Source: an uncultured Candidatus Saccharibacteria bacterium (GTDB lineage Bacteria > Patescibacteriota > Saccharimonadia > Saccharimonadales > UBA7683). From it: a stretch of DNA of 64,000 nt. The stretch covers positions 17,083 through 81,082 of the forward strand of contig CAZXUE010000001.1 in NCBI GenBank assembly GCA_964643895.1, in the 5' to 3' direction. Below, piece after piece: positions 29,773 through 40,380 of the stretch; the stretch's first letter is position 1; each line of letters opens with the position of its first letter. Under the pieces are notes generated by a model, which saw nothing but the letters and a program-made list of their open reading frames with translations, searched no databases and had not been told where the DNA came from. Made by a program: the position numbers and the translations under genes.

Positions 29773-30735
29773 CTACTGAATGGTCTGGTAACTGCTATCG
29801 AGCCCTTTAAGCAGATCGTTCTGAGTGGCCGCTAGCTCATTGCGCTCAGCTACAATAGAGTTGTAGATTGCGATAATCTCCTTCAGGATAGCTACGTCGT
29901 CATTAAATGTTCTCACAAGCTGGTTAAAGCCTGGCACCAGCTGATTATAGGCTTCGATATCCTCGGAAGATTGGAGCTGATTTAAGCGCGATCTCTGGTT
30001 CTCAATAACGCGTTGTTGGCTAGCCAAGGATGCTTCTTTTTGGTCTTTCTCTTGTTTTAGCTCAGCCAGTTTTGTGTCATATGTTTTAATCTGCGCCTCG
30101 ATCTCGTTAAAGGTATCGGCATACTGCTGGGCATAGCGTACAATCTTAGCTCTATCTTTAAAATAACGTTGATAATGAGCTTCGAGCGAGGCGGGCAAGA
30201 TTGCAATTTCGGTGCCTAAAATGGAGTGAAGCTCGTTATCAACCTGGTTAGGTTCTGATTTTTTATACTGATCAAGTGTGGCAATAAAACGCTCATCTTC
30301 AATTGCAGCTGCTGCTGTACGAAGCTGCTGATTAAGCGCATTTTTTTCAGAAGGAGAGAGCCGTTCATACACCGCATGAAGCAACTCGTGAGCCGCAGTC
30401 ACCTCCTGAACACCATCTAAGCGCTGGTCGGTGACATTATAGATATAAAATCTCTGCTTTGTGTAACACCCAAGCACAACGCTGTGCTCACGATGCACGC
30501 CGCCGCACGCCTGGTTAAACTTTGTAGCATCCAACACTTCCGGCTGGCTTGCTTTATACAAAAATTGACCCTTATTTGTAAGGTTAAGACTTGGCATTAA
30601 GGCTGCGGCTTGCGATTGAAGCGGATTTTGATACACCACATACTGATCTTTCACATACTGGCGGTTAAGGTATACCCACCCCCCCATTGCCAGTAGTAAC
30701 GTAATCCCAAACCCCGCGAATAGTCGACGTTTCAT
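29773..30735 (-). CDS. membrane-anchored coiled-coil protein with HExxH motif
   Basis: MKRRLFAGFGITLLLAMGGW signal-anchor, AAHELLHAVYE (HExxH), and a long Q/E-rich coiled-coil C-terminus. Confidence 0.55.
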   Translation of the reverse strand: MKRRLFAGFGITLLLAMGGWVYLNRQYVKDQYVVYQNPLQSQAAALMPSLNLTNKGQFLYKASQPEVLDATKFNQACGGVHREHSVVLGCYTKQRFYIYNVTDQRLDGVQEVTAAHELLHAVYERLSPSEKNALNQQLRTAAAAIEDERFIATLDQYKKSEPNQVDNELHSILGTEIAILPASLEAHYQRYFKDRAKIVRYAQQYADTFNEIEAQIKTYDTKLAELKQEKDQKEASLASQQRVIENQRSRLNQLQSSEDIEAYNQLVPGFNQLVRTFNDDVAILKEIIAIYNSIVAERNELAATQNDLLKGLDSSYQTIQ

Positions 30736-30837
30736 ACCGTTATTGTATATCAATACCCGGCCTCTTACTATCACCATTCTCAATCATAAGTGCACGGGTA
30801 AAATTAAGCCGGCATAAAAGAACCAGGGCAGCTGAGG

Positions 30838-33348
30838 CTACTTTGTTGTCGACTGACTGGCTCTAGACTTTGCGACAGCTTTGACCACTGGAGAAACAAT
30901 GACTTTACCTTTTATGGCAGCGACATCAAAATGAGTTACTTCTGGAGAGAGTCCGGCAATCACTTCCTCGGCAATCTGGTCTTCAATCTCGTCTTGCAGC
31001 TCACGCCTCAAAGTTCTGACACCACTTTGTGGTTTGTAACCTTTTTTGAGCAGCACCCGTTTGGCTTGCAACGAAACCCGAATACTAAGGTTATGCTCTT
31101 GCTCCAAGCGTTGGTTGAGCTCTTCAATCTGTAGATTGAGCACTTGCAGCGCCTCTTTGTTGGTCAGGGCACGAAAGATCACAACTTTATCGATACGGTT
31201 AATTAATTCTGGCCGCATGGCGCTTTTGAGCTCTTCCATAACACGCTCTTTGTTGTCTTCGTGCAGTTCATCGAGATCAGACTGCTCGTCATCGTTACTC
31301 ACACGGAACCCAAGGCTAGATTCTCGCTGCAACTGTTCCGCACCCACGTTTCCGGTCATAATAATAACCGTATTTGTGAAATCAACGGTTCGACCTTTTG
31401 CATCTGTCAAGACGCCGTCTTCCAATATCTGTAACAACATGTTAAATATATCGGGGTGTGCTTTTTCAATTTCGTCAAGCAAAATAAGACTATACGGGTT
31501 TCTGCGTACTTTGTCGGTCAATTGACCGCCTTCTTCGTACCCCACGTAGCCAGCAGGGGCGCCGACCAGCCGCGAGGCTGTGTGCCGTTCGGAAAACTCA
31601 CTCATATCAATTTTTATCAAAGCATCACTGCGATCATATAGTTCACGAGCTAGCACGCGCGCCAGTTCAGTTTTACCTACACCGGAAGGACCTAAGAATA
31701 CAAACGAGCCAATTGGGCGAGTGCGAGCACTGACGCCTGACCGATTACGGCGAATTGCCCGGGCAACTGCTTGCAAAGCCTCAGATTGGCCAATAACGTG
31801 CTTTGCCAGGGTCTTCTCTAAATTCATGAGGTAGCTAGCCTCTTTTTTAAGGATCTTCTGAGCTGGAATACCGGTAATGAGGGCTACCGCGCCTGCTAAA
31901 TCTTGCTCTGTCATGATAAGACGACTACGGAACTTGCTACGTTGCTTTTCCAGCGTTTCCTCAAGCTCTGCAAGCCTTACTTTGTGCTTAGCAGCCACTT
32001 CAAAGTTCTCATGAATGACCGCTTCTTCCATGCGATGACGATATAACTTAATTTCCTTCAAAAGTTTTCGTTGCGTTTCAGGCACATGCGAGCGTTCCAC
32101 CCGAATATGAGCCGCCGTTTCATCAAGTAAATCAATCGCTTTGTCTGGCATGAACCGTTCTGCCATGTAGCGCTCGCTTAAACGAACTGTTTGTTCAATA
32201 ATTGTATCATCAATGCCAACGCCATGATGGGCCTCGTACTTTGCCTTAAGACCGCGCAAGATCGCAACCGTTTCCTCCACGCTTGGCGGCAATACTTGCA
32301 CACTTTGAAAGCGCCTTTCTAGTGCAGCATCTTTTTCAATACTTTTTTGGTACTCGTCAATAGTTGTCGCACCGATAACCCTCATCGTGCCCCGAGCAAG
32401 TACCGGTTTTAAGATATTAGCGGCATCAAGCGCGCCTTCGGCGGCACCCGCACCAACTAGCAGGTGAATTTCATCGATAAAGACAATCACGTTACTATCG
32501 GCCGCAATTTCCTGCATGATGGCTTTGAGACGCTCTTCAAACTCGCCACGATATTTGGTTCCGGCAATCATCCCTGCGAGGTCGAGCATAACAATACGTT
32601 TATCAAGTAGGTTTTCTGGGGCTTTTTCTTCAGCAATGCGTTGTGCCAAACCTTCAACAATTGCAGTTTTACCAACGCCCGGCTCTCCAATGAGTACAGG
32701 ATTGTTTTTAGTGCGTCTTGAAAGAATGGTGATCACGCGCTGCAACTCTTTTGCTCGACCAATAACCGGATCCAACCGACCCGCTCTAGCTTCTTCGGTT
32801 AAATCTGTTCCGAAGAACTCTAGTGCACTCTGAGCTTTTTTATTACGAGGTTTTTTGCCAGTTGCAGCCTCTTCATACTCAAAGCGCTGCTGGTTGAGAT
32901 AGCCCTCAAGCTCTGAAGTTAAGTCATCAACGTTGATGTTCATATCACGCAGCAGTACATTTGCCCGCGCATTTTTCTGAATAAGAATACTGTAGAGAAT
33001 ATGTTCCGTACCGCAATAATCTTGATTAAATTCTTTGGCTATCTCCCAGCTCGTTCGTAGAGTTAATTTAGCCGCCTCACTCAAGCCTTTGCCGCCAGCT
33101 AGGTTAATAACCAAGGCTTTCGGAGTTAGCTTCAGGGCGGTGCGTGCTCTATCGAGCGTTACACCTGATGTCTCTAAAAGTTTTGCACCAATTGAGCCAT
33201 TTTGACTAAGAACCCCTAGTAGAATATGTTCCGTGCCAATATAAGCACTGCCGAAACCCCGAGCAATGCCTTCAGCATGCTGAAGGCTGTTCCGCGCGTT
33301 CTCCGTCAGCCGGTTTAAAAATTCCTGAAAATCTTTTGCCGAGTTCAT
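30838..33348 (-). CDS. clpC: ATP-dependent Clp protease ATP-binding subunit ClpC
   Basis: Two Clp_N repeats and two AAA+ modules ([16 protein letters not shown]) with a short middle domain. That architecture is ClpC-type rather than ClpB. Confidence 0.92.
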   Translation of the reverse strand: MNSAKDFQEFLNRLTENARNSLQHAEGIARGFGSAYIGTEHILLGVLSQNGSIGAKLLETSGVTLDRARTALKLTPKALVINLAGGKGLSEAAKLTLRTSWEIAKEFNQDYCGTEHILYSILIQKNARANVLLRDMNINVDDLTSELEGYLNQQRFEYEEAATGKKPRNKKAQSALEFFGTDLTEEARAGRLDPVIGRAKELQRVITILSRRTKNNPVLIGEPGVGKTAIVEGLAQRIAEEKAPENLLDKRIVMLDLAGMIAGTKYRGEFEERLKAIMQEIAADSNVIVFIDEIHLLVGAGAAEGALDAANILKPVLARGTMRVIGATTIDEYQKSIEKDAALERRFQSVQVLPPSVEETVAILRGLKAKYEAHHGVGIDDTIIEQTVRLSERYMAERFMPDKAIDLLDETAAHIRVERSHVPETQRKLLKEIKLYRHRMEEAVIHENFEVAAKHKVRLAELEETLEKQRSKFRSRLIMTEQDLAGAVALITGIPAQKILKKEASYLMNLEKTLAKHVIGQSEALQAVARAIRRNRSGVSARTRPIGSFVFLGPSGVGKTELARVLARELYDRSDALIKIDMSEFSERHTASRLVGAPAGYVGYEEGGQLTDKVRRNPYSLILLDEIEKAHPDIFNMLLQILEDGVLTDAKGRTVDFTNTVIIMTGNVGAEQLQRESSLGFRVSNDDEQSDLDELHEDNKERVMEELKSAMRPELINRIDKVVIFRALTNKEALQVLNLQIEELNQRLEQEHNLSIRVSLQAKRVLLKKGYKPQSGVRTLRRELQDEIEDQIAEEVIAGLSPEVTHFDVAAIKGKVIVSPVVKAVAKSRASQSTTK

Positions 33349-33364
33349 ACTCCCATTGTAGCAC

Positions 33365-33391
33365 TTAGCACTCCAAACACAAGAGTGCTAA
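33365..33391. promoter_or_regulatory. CIRCE (HrcA operator) inverted repeat upstream of clpC
   Basis: ttagcactc-caaacacaa-gagtgctaa is a perfect CIRCE. It ends 16 nt upstream of the clpC ATG. The spacer is nearly identical to the clpP copy. Confidence 0.8.
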
Positions 33392-33548
33392 TCCATCAAT
33401 CTCTCACGCACACGAAGCTGAATGATTGAGCACCATATTCATTACCACAACCCATACAATTATCTGTTACACCAACAACTCTTGTAGCTCCAACACCTCT
33501 TTGGAGGCTAATGTCCTCAGTCTCAAGACCGTACTCAGTGTGAACACA

Positions 33549-33716
33549 TCAATCTTCACCTATATCTGGAACAAATACGTCATACTCGCCATCACGCGAG
33601 CCGTGTGTGATAGCAGCTGTCATAAGATCGCCGCAGTTATCTTGACAGAAATCAGGTATAGTCGTTTCGTTTTCCCAGTAGAGGCCTCCTGGCAGCAGCG
33701 GACAGCGCTCAGCCAT
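33549..33716 (-). CDS. small acidic Cys-containing ORF (55 aa)
   Basis: The ATG lies 1 nt after the nusA TAG stop (MAERCPLLPGG…). No SD and no known family. Confidence 0.25.
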   Translation of the reverse strand: MAERCPLLPGGLYWENETTIPDFCQDNCGDLMTAAITHGSRDGEYDVFVPDIGED

Positions 33717-33717
33717 A

Positions 33718-34914
33718 CTACTCCCCGTGTTCTTCGATGGCGCCAAGTAAACCGGCTTCGATGTCGTCGCGGCGCTTTGGCTTGGCTGGTTTTTTGGCAG
33801 GTGAATTTTCAACTACTGGCGCTTTTTCGGTAGCTGGTTCGGCTACTTCCGGAGCCGCCACAGGAGCTGGTGTGCCAGACTCAATGTCAAGTTCGTAGCC
33901 GGTTAGTTTACTGGCAAGACGCACGTTCTGGCCACCCTTACCAATGGCGATAGAAAGTTGCGATTGATCCACAATAACCTTGGCGTGCTTCACCTTCTCG
34001 TTTAGTTCAACGCGGATAACTTCTGTTGGGGAAAGGGCATTCTTGATATAGGTCTCAGTATCTTCAGCAAAGGTAATGATATCGATTTTCTCTTGATCAC
34101 CAATTTCGTTCATCACCGCTTGCACGCGTGTACCATGGCCACCCACGAAGGTTCCTACAGGATCAACGCCAGGGACAGTTGAAGCAACTGCCAATTTAGT
34201 ACGCATACCAGCCTGACGGGCAATGCCCTTAATTTCAACGGCACCAGTTTCCATCTCGGGAACTTCTTGACGGAAGAGGTATTCAATAAAGGCTTCGTTG
34301 GCGCGAGAAAGCACCAGCTGCGGGCCACGATTGCCGCGTTCCACATCTTTCAAAAAGACTTTAATGCGCGAGCCAACACCGTAGTATTCGCCCTGAATTT
34401 GCTCGCTTGCTGGCAAGATACCGGTGGCTTTGCCAAGATCGACTCGAACCACACGAGGCTCAACGCGTTGCACAGTACCCACAATAACGGTACCTATTTT
34501 ATCTTCATACTCTTCAAGAATAATCTCACGCTCAGCCTCGCGCAGACGCTGTAAGATCACCTGTTTTGCTGTCTGGGCAGCTACGCGGCCAAAGGTGGTA
34601 GGATGCGCAACTTCCGTAATAACATCGCCAACTTTGGCATCTTTTTTAAACTTCCGCGCCTGCTCTACCGTGAGCTGTTGGGCGTCATTTTCAACAGCGT
34701 CATCCTCAACTACATCGTAGCTAGTGGTTGCAGTAACATCGCCGGTGTTTTGATTAAGCTGGACGGTTACGTTTTGTTCACGTTCGCCAAAATCTTTACG
34801 AAACGCAGCCGCAAGAGCTTGCTCTACTGCTTCGTGCACAATATCTTCGGGAAGATTCTTTTCTTCAGCTAAAACCTTGATGGCAGCAACTAATTGTTTA
34901 ATTTGCAATTCCAT
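33718..34914 (-). CDS. nusA: transcription termination/antitermination protein NusA
   Basis: N-terminal domain, S1 and two KH domains (IGKGGQNVRLASKLTGYELDI), with a lysine-rich tail. Confidence 0.92.
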   Translation of the reverse strand: MELQIKQLVAAIKVLAEEKNLPEDIVHEAVEQALAAAFRKDFGEREQNVTVQLNQNTGDVTATTSYDVVEDDAVENDAQQLTVEQARKFKKDAKVGDVITEVAHPTTFGRVAAQTAKQVILQRLREAEREIILEEYEDKIGTVIVGTVQRVEPRVVRVDLGKATGILPASEQIQGEYYGVGSRIKVFLKDVERGNRGPQLVLSRANEAFIEYLFRQEVPEMETGAVEIKGIARQAGMRTKLAVASTVPGVDPVGTFVGGHGTRVQAVMNEIGDQEKIDIITFAEDTETYIKNALSPTEVIRVELNEKVKHAKVIVDQSQLSIAIGKGGQNVRLASKLTGYELDIESGTPAPVAAPEVAEPATEKAPVVENSPAKKPAKPKRRDDIEAGLLGAIEEHGE

Positions 34915-35091
34915 AATTTCTATTTCCTTTCAATTTATTTTGTCATTTGAGCTTGCCGAAAAATCTGCCGGTTGACCCCACTAGATCCTTCGGCAAGCCC
35001 AGGATGACCTACGCTTCTATTATGAAAAATTCCGACCATTGTGGCCGGACTAGCACTAGTATAGCATATCCTCCGGAAACATCCAATAAAC

Positions 35092-35640
35092 TTACGCCCC
35101 CTGCTCTATGTAGGTGAGCAGCTGTTCCATTTCCAAAAGTTCACGTTTGCCAATAGGCTGCTCATCTTCATCAAGTTCACGCAGTCTCCAAAATGATTTA
35201 TTTCTTGGGTCAGCAATAATTTCCTTCCATACCTCCTTTTCTTCATCAGTTAAGGGATTATCGGTGGTGTCAGATCCCAAAGCAACTGTCTCCACGCCAC
35301 TGTATTCACGCAACCAAGACCACTGAGGGTCAAAAACCATACGATATGTTCTGTGCACAGCTTGCCCTGCCTCATTGTAGCCTGTGGCAATTATCTGATA
35401 TGACGCCAGCGTGCAGACATCGCCGCCTACCGTAGATGCAAATTCAAATGGATCATACTTGATACTGGTTTCAACATCAGTTAATTTAAGATCGTTAAAT
35501 ATAGTTGGATCTTCGACATGCACCGGAACCATATCCACTCCCTCAACCAGCCATGCCCTGCTGCTTAATGCACTCGCTTGTTCAATTAAAGCACTCAGAT
35601 GTTCTTTAGCTGATGGAAAGTGTTCATCCATATCCTTCAT
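35092..35640 (-). CDS. hypothetical acidic protein (182 aa)
   Basis: Clean ORF with no recognisable motifs. Confidence 0.5.
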   Translation of the reverse strand: MKDMDEHFPSAKEHLSALIEQASALSSRAWLVEGVDMVPVHVEDPTIFNDLKLTDVETSIKYDPFEFASTVGGDVCTLASYQIIATGYNEAGQAVHRTYRMVFDPQWSWLREYSGVETVALGSDTTDNPLTDEEKEVWKEIIADPRNKSFWRLRELDEDEQPIGKRELLEMEQLLTYIEQGA

Positions 35641-35686
35641 TATATCATATTTATGTTTATTGTGTCAATAGCTTATACTGGTCGGT

Positions 35687-38206
35687 ATGCTCAAACAACT
35701 CTACACACAGCTGCAACCTAAACATTACTCACTCACGCTTGATATTGATGCCGAAAATCTAAAATTCTCTGGCTCGGTTACTATTCGAGGATTTCTGCCG
35801 AAGAACGCGCGAGATATTAAACTCCATGCAAAAGATTTAACCATCACTTCTGCAAAGATTGATCAGGCAGCAGTAGAGACTAACCTCCAGGAGGATGTGC
35901 TTACACTCCACAGCGAAGAGAATCTGAGCGGCGCTGTTACTCTATCGCTTGAGTTTAATGGCAACATAACTGATGCCATGCACGGTATGTACCCCTGCTA
36001 TTTTGAACACGAAGGCAAGCGAAAAAAGCTCATTGCCACGCAATTTGAAAGCCACCATGCCCGCGAGGTGTTTCCATGCATTGATGAGCCGGCGGCGAGG
36101 GCCACGTTTGATGTTACGCTGATTACGACTGACGGCGAGAATGTACTTTCAAATATGCGTGTTCAGGACCAGAAAGTAGATGACAGCAAACAGACAACAG
36201 TTTTTGAAACGACACCAAAGATGAGCACCTATCTGTTAGCATTTGTTACAGGCGAGATGGTGATGAGGGAGGCCAAAACAAGAGATGGGGTGATTGTAAG
36301 GTCGTGGGCAAGTGCAGCACAAAACGCCAGCTGGCTCGACTATTCGGTTAAAGAAGCGGTTGATTTGATTGAGTTTTACAACGATTACTTTGGTGTGCCC
36401 TATCCTTTAGAAAAGTGCGATCAGGTGGCACTGCCTGATTTTGAGAGCGGCGCCATGGAAAACTGGGGCTTGATCACCTACCGTGAAACCGTGCTGCTTT
36501 CAGATCCAGGCAACCCTTCGCTCAGTACTCAGCAGTGGATCACGCTAGTGGTTGCACACGAACTCAGCCATCAATGGTTTGGTAATTTGGTTACGATGCA
36601 GTGGTGGGATGATTTATGGCTCAACGAAAGCTTTGCTAATATGACCGAATATTTAGCGGCAGATAGGCTGCATCCAGAGTGGCAGATTTGGGAAGAATTT
36701 GTCGCACAAGATGTTGCCTCTGCAACCAACCGTGATGTTTACAAAGATGTGCAAGCAGTTCGTGTTGCAGTTAAAAATCCGGATGAGATCCATACCTTAT
36801 TTGATCCTTCAATTGTCTACGCCAAAGGCGGCAAGTTGCTCAAGATGCTCCATGATTTAGTTGGTGACGAAGCCTGGAGGGCAGGTTTAAAGAATTATTT
36901 TGAAAAGCACCAATACGGAAATACGACGCGTGATGATCTCTGGAATGCGCTCGATGAGGTGTCGAACATTGATGTACCGGGCCTGATGAACGCATGGATA
37001 GAGCATCCGGGACAACCGCTGGTTTCAGTAACGCAGACCGGAAAGATCCTGAAGCTCCAACAGCAACGCCTCTTGCTTGACGGAAAAGACGATGAAACGC
37101 TTTGGCAGATCCCTCTTCTTTCAAAAAGCACTCCGGAACTCTTTACAAAAAGAACCGAGTCATTTGAACTGGGTAGTGATGAAATTGTACGGCTGAACCA
37201 ATCAGGTGTAGGTCATTACACTGTTCACTACACCGCCCCAGAACAAACTGAAGTAATCGCACAGCGATTAGCCGACCCATCTGAGGCAAGCGAGTGGAAG
37301 ATCACCTACCTCAACGGCCTAGTTATGCTTGCCCGACATGGTAATACAACGCTTGCTGAAGCATTAGAAAGTATTAAAAAAAGTAGTGATGAGCCACGTG
37401 CGGCAGTATGGTCACACATAGCCGGAATCCTGGGAAGCGCGCGGATGATCATTGAAGGCAACGAGGTACTGGAAGATATCATCAAAGATCTGAGTTATAA
37501 TCTGAGCCACAAACAGCTTGCTTCGCTTGGCTGGCACTATACAGAGAATGAGCCAAGCAACACCACACATTTGCGGACAACGCTGATTGGCCTTGCAATT
37601 GCGAGTGAGAATCAAACTGTTATTGAGCGAGCACTTGAGTTGCACCATAGCGAGGAACCAGAGAGCTTGCCGGCAGAAATTCGTTCGATGCTTCTGGGAG
37701 TTGCTGTGCGCTATGGCACAGAGTCTGATTTTGATAAACTGATCGAGCTGTACAAAACATCATCGAACGCTGATTTTAGAAACGACATCACCGCCGCGCT
37801 CTGTTCAACTAGAAACACTGCACGGGCGAAATTGCTCACAAATCTGATACTCGACACAAAAATTGTCAAAACCCAGGATACTATTCGCTGGTATATTTAC
37901 CTACTTCGCAACCGTTATGTACGCGACGTTGCGTGGCAATGGTTGGTAGATAATTGGGATTGGATTATAAAGCAGTTTGGCGGCAGCAAAAGTTACGATG
38001 ATTTTGCCCGCTACACGGCAACCCTCTTCAACTCTGACCAGCACCTGAAGCAGTACTGTGAGTTCTTTGAGCCAAAAGCGGGCGACCCAGCCCTGAAGCG
38101 TGCAATAAAAATCGGCATTAACGAGATCACCTCCAAGAGCGAATGGCGAAAACGCGATGCCCAAGCTGTTACCGATTGGCTCAACCAATACTCGGCAGAA
38201 AATTAG
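35687..38206 (+). CDS. pepN: aminopeptidase N (M1 family)
   Basis: GAMENWG exopeptidase motif, HELSHQWFGNLVTMQWWDDLWLNESFA (HExxH…E zinc site) and an ERAP-like C-terminal domain. Confidence 0.92.
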   Translation: MLKQLYTQLQPKHYSLTLDIDAENLKFSGSVTIRGFLPKNARDIKLHAKDLTITSAKIDQAAVETNLQEDVLTLHSEENLSGAVTLSLEFNGNITDAMHGMYPCYFEHEGKRKKLIATQFESHHAREVFPCIDEPAARATFDVTLITTDGENVLSNMRVQDQKVDDSKQTTVFETTPKMSTYLLAFVTGEMVMREAKTRDGVIVRSWASAAQNASWLDYSVKEAVDLIEFYNDYFGVPYPLEKCDQVALPDFESGAMENWGLITYRETVLLSDPGNPSLSTQQWITLVVAHELSHQWFGNLVTMQWWDDLWLNESFANMTEYLAADRLHPEWQIWEEFVAQDVASATNRDVYKDVQAVRVAVKNPDEIHTLFDPSIVYAKGGKLLKMLHDLVGDEAWRAGLKNYFEKHQYGNTTRDDLWNALDEVSNIDVPGLMNAWIEHPGQPLVSVTQTGKILKLQQQRLLLDGKDDETLWQIPLLSKSTPELFTKRTESFELGSDEIVRLNQSGVGHYTVHYTAPEQTEVIAQRLADPSEASEWKITYLNGLVMLARHGNTTLAEALESIKKSSDEPRAAVWSHIAGILGSARMIIEGNEVLEDIIKDLSYNLSHKQLASLGWHYTENEPSNTTHLRTTLIGLAIASENQTVIERALELHHSEEPESLPAEIRSMLLGVAVRYGTESDFDKLIELYKTSSNADFRNDITAALCSTRNTARAKLLTNLILDTKIVKTQDTIRWYIYLLRNRYVRDVAWQWLVDNWDWIIKQFGGSKSYDDFARYTATLFNSDQHLKQYCEFFEPKAGDPALKRAIKIGINEITSKSEWRKRDAQAVTDWLNQYSAEN

Positions 38207-38525
38207 TTACTGTAAACGCTACACCCGTGAGCTCAATCGCGGCCAGCTCATATGCACCGCTCCAACTATTTTCCTGAACCCATACTTCAGCCGCAAAAAC
38301 CATCTGCCGCAGTTTTTTTGGGGTGATGTAATCCAAGCCCATACCTTGCTTGGCAGTTTGACGATATTTAACCTCAACAAAATAGATAACATTGGCCTTT
38401 TCGGCAATAATATCAATCTCACATACACGCGTCCGCCAATTAAGATTGCGAATAACAAAACCAAGTGTCTTCAAAAACTCAGCCGCCCTTTGCTCCGCCT
38501 CATGCCCCTGGGAATAGTTAGTCAT
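38181..38525 (-). CDS. yraN: YraN/UPF0102 family endonuclease
   Basis: AEQRAAEFL…CEIDIIA…FVEVKYR is a PD-(D/E)xK core. It has an ATGA overlap with the upstream membrane-protein gene. The synteny rnhB–yraN is conserved. Confidence 0.7.
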   Translation of the reverse strand: MTNYSQGHEAEQRAAEFLKTLGFVIRNLNWRTRVCEIDIIAEKANVIYFVEVKYRQTAKQGMGLDYITPKKLRQMVFAAEVWVQENSWSGAYELAAIELTGVAFTVTNFLPSIG

Positions 38526-39088
38526 CGTACTATTAATACCGTATGTGCAATGAGGCCTACGCTTGAAAGCAGAATGAAAAAACTCATTTGCATGGCTAAA
38601 AAATACTTTTTGAATGTGTTCGTCGCTGCACCCAGTAGTAATAGTAGACATATCGCGAGTATTAAACCATAAATAAAAGGTGGCACACTTGCAATTTGAC
38701 TAATTTGAGCCGAGTAAAATAGATAGCTCAATGCCATAATCCATGCTGCAATACTATGGGTATTCAGTCTATTCTCTAAACGGGCGGACTTCTTATTTAA
38801 ACCAAGAACCTGTACGCAATCAAAGACCGCGGCCGTTAATAGCAGGGTTGCAGCAATACTATAACCGTGAGCCGAAAGCTGGGCCGCGAGAGGTGAAAAT
38901 AACAAAACCGGTAGTGAGTGTACTACCCTATGTATTAAGAGTAGTCTTTTACTTTCAACAGCATGCTCACTTATAGTTAATGGCCTACCCGATCCACTTC
39001 TTAGAGCCACCAAGGCGATATGCCAACCATTACAGACAATAACCCACGCCGACGCAATCATTAAAGATACGTTCATGTTATATATCAT
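38522..39088 (-). CDS. hypothetical integral membrane protein
   Basis: ~5 hydrophobic helices. The ATGA overlap with the rnhB stop indicates translational coupling. Confidence 0.55.
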   Translation of the reverse strand: MIYNMNVSLMIASAWVIVCNGWHIALVALRSGSGRPLTISEHAVESKRLLLIHRVVHSLPVLLFSPLAAQLSAHGYSIAATLLLTAAVFDCVQVLGLNKKSARLENRLNTHSIAAWIMALSYLFYSAQISQIASVPPFIYGLILAICLLLLLGAATNTFKKYFLAMQMSFFILLSSVGLIAHTVLIVR

Positions 39089-39657
39089 ACCCGATTCTGA
39101 CGGATAATAGCTTCGATTGGCTTATAATTAATGCGGTGAATTGGCAGCACGCCGTATGTTTCTAGGGCCTCAATATGAGCTTTTGTGCCATAACCAACGT
39201 GTTTTTCAAAGCCATATTCCGGGTATTTCATTCCTATTTTAGCCATGTATTCATCGCGGGCTACTTTCGCAACCACCGATGCAGCCGAGACAGCCTGAAT
39301 ACTCCCATCAGCTTTGATAATCGCTTCTGTGTTAGGAACGTGAGCTAAGTAGTTAATTGAGCCATCAATAATTATCTGGTTATTATTTAGATTAATTGCG
39401 TCAACTGCTCGCTGCATAGCTAATCGAACAGACTCCGTAAGACCAAGTGCATTGATCTCCCGTGGCCACACCCAGCCCAATCCAATACTATTTGTGGAGT
39501 TTTTAATGATATCAACCAGCGCGCGGCGCTTTTTGGCGCTTAGCAGCTTAGAATCCGTAAGACCATCAACAATCAAATCTGCCTCAAATCCCACCGCTGC
39601 AGCAACCAAAGGCCCCGCCCAACAACCACGACCTACTTCATCAATCCCAATAACCAT
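39085..39657 (-). CDS. rnhB: ribonuclease HII
   Basis: MVIGIDEVGRGCWAGPLV with the DEDD catalytic residues, ~190 aa. Confidence 0.92.
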   Translation of the reverse strand: MVIGIDEVGRGCWAGPLVAAAVGFEADLIVDGLTDSKLLSAKKRRALVDIIKNSTNSIGLGWVWPREINALGLTESVRLAMQRAVDAINLNNNQIIIDGSINYLAHVPNTEAIIKADGSIQAVSAASVVAKVARDEYMAKIGMKYPEYGFEKHVGYGTKAHIEALETYGVLPIHRINYKPIEAIIRQNRV

Positions 39658-39670
39658 ACTGACAGTGTAT

Positions 39671-39696
39671 CAAAAACACCACTATTGTAGTGGTGT
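39671..39696 (-). terminator. Rho-independent terminator after rplS
   Basis: Perfect 9-bp stem acaccacta/tagtggtgt with a 3-nt loop, followed on the minus strand by TTTTTG. Confidence 0.6.
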
Positions 39697-39716
39697 TCAA
39701 GATCTACTCTTTTCAT

Positions 39717-40238
39717 CTACTCAGCCTTGGCTCGATCACCAAGTTTTTCAGCGATTTCGGCTTCTTTCTTTGCTTCTTCTTCAGCTTTCTTAGCAGCCTC
39801 TGCTTCATGCTCTTGCTTTTGCTCTTCATGAATACGAGCAAGTTCGGCCTCTGCCTCAGGATCTGTTACATCATTTACAGCTTTTTTATCAAAATCAACC
39901 GCTGCGAGACGCGCGCTTTTGCCGCTACGACTGCGCATATATGTCAGGTAATTACGGCGCACCTTACTTCTCTTGGTAACTTCTATCTTTTCAACCAGTG
40001 GACTGTGGATTAAAAAGCTCTTCTCTACGCCAACCCCACTCGCAATACGGCGAACAGTGATAGTGCTAGTCATGCTGTCTTTACGATCTGTTCGAATAAC
40101 GAGGCCTTCAAAAACCTGAACACGCTCTTTGCTGCCTTCTTTAATCCGCTGGTGAACACGAACCGTGTCGCCGCTTCGGACATCTACAACTTGCTTTTTC
40201 TTAAAGCTATTTTCAATTTTTTCAATCAATGCGTACAT
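39717..40238 (-). CDS. rplS: 50S ribosomal protein L19 with charged C-terminal extension
   Basis: The L19 core is MYALIEKIE…RSGDTVRVH…VFEGLVI. An additional ~55-aa Lys/Glu/Ala-rich tail follows. Confidence 0.9.
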   Translation of the reverse strand: MYALIEKIENSFKKKQVVDVRSGDTVRVHQRIKEGSKERVQVFEGLVIRTDRKDSMTSTITVRRIASGVGVEKSFLIHSPLVEKIEVTKRSKVRRNYLTYMRSRSGKSARLAAVDFDKKAVNDVTDPEAEAELARIHEEQKQEHEAEAAKKAEEEAKKEAEIAEKLGDRAKAE

Positions 40239-40380
40239 AACCTGACCACTCTACCTTATTATTACTATTTTTGCAATTACAAAGAATTGTATCACATCTG
40301 TTAATTTTGCGCAACATAGTCTACAACTGTTGAACTATTCTGCGTTTGGGATTTAAACCGCGCCGAGTATACTAGTTGGT

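Noticed and set aside
33426-33833. 135-aa plus-strand ORF overlapping the nusA 3' end and the clpC promoter region
   Set aside because: It is antisense to nusA, it is low-complexity, and it would run through the CIRCE and promoter region.
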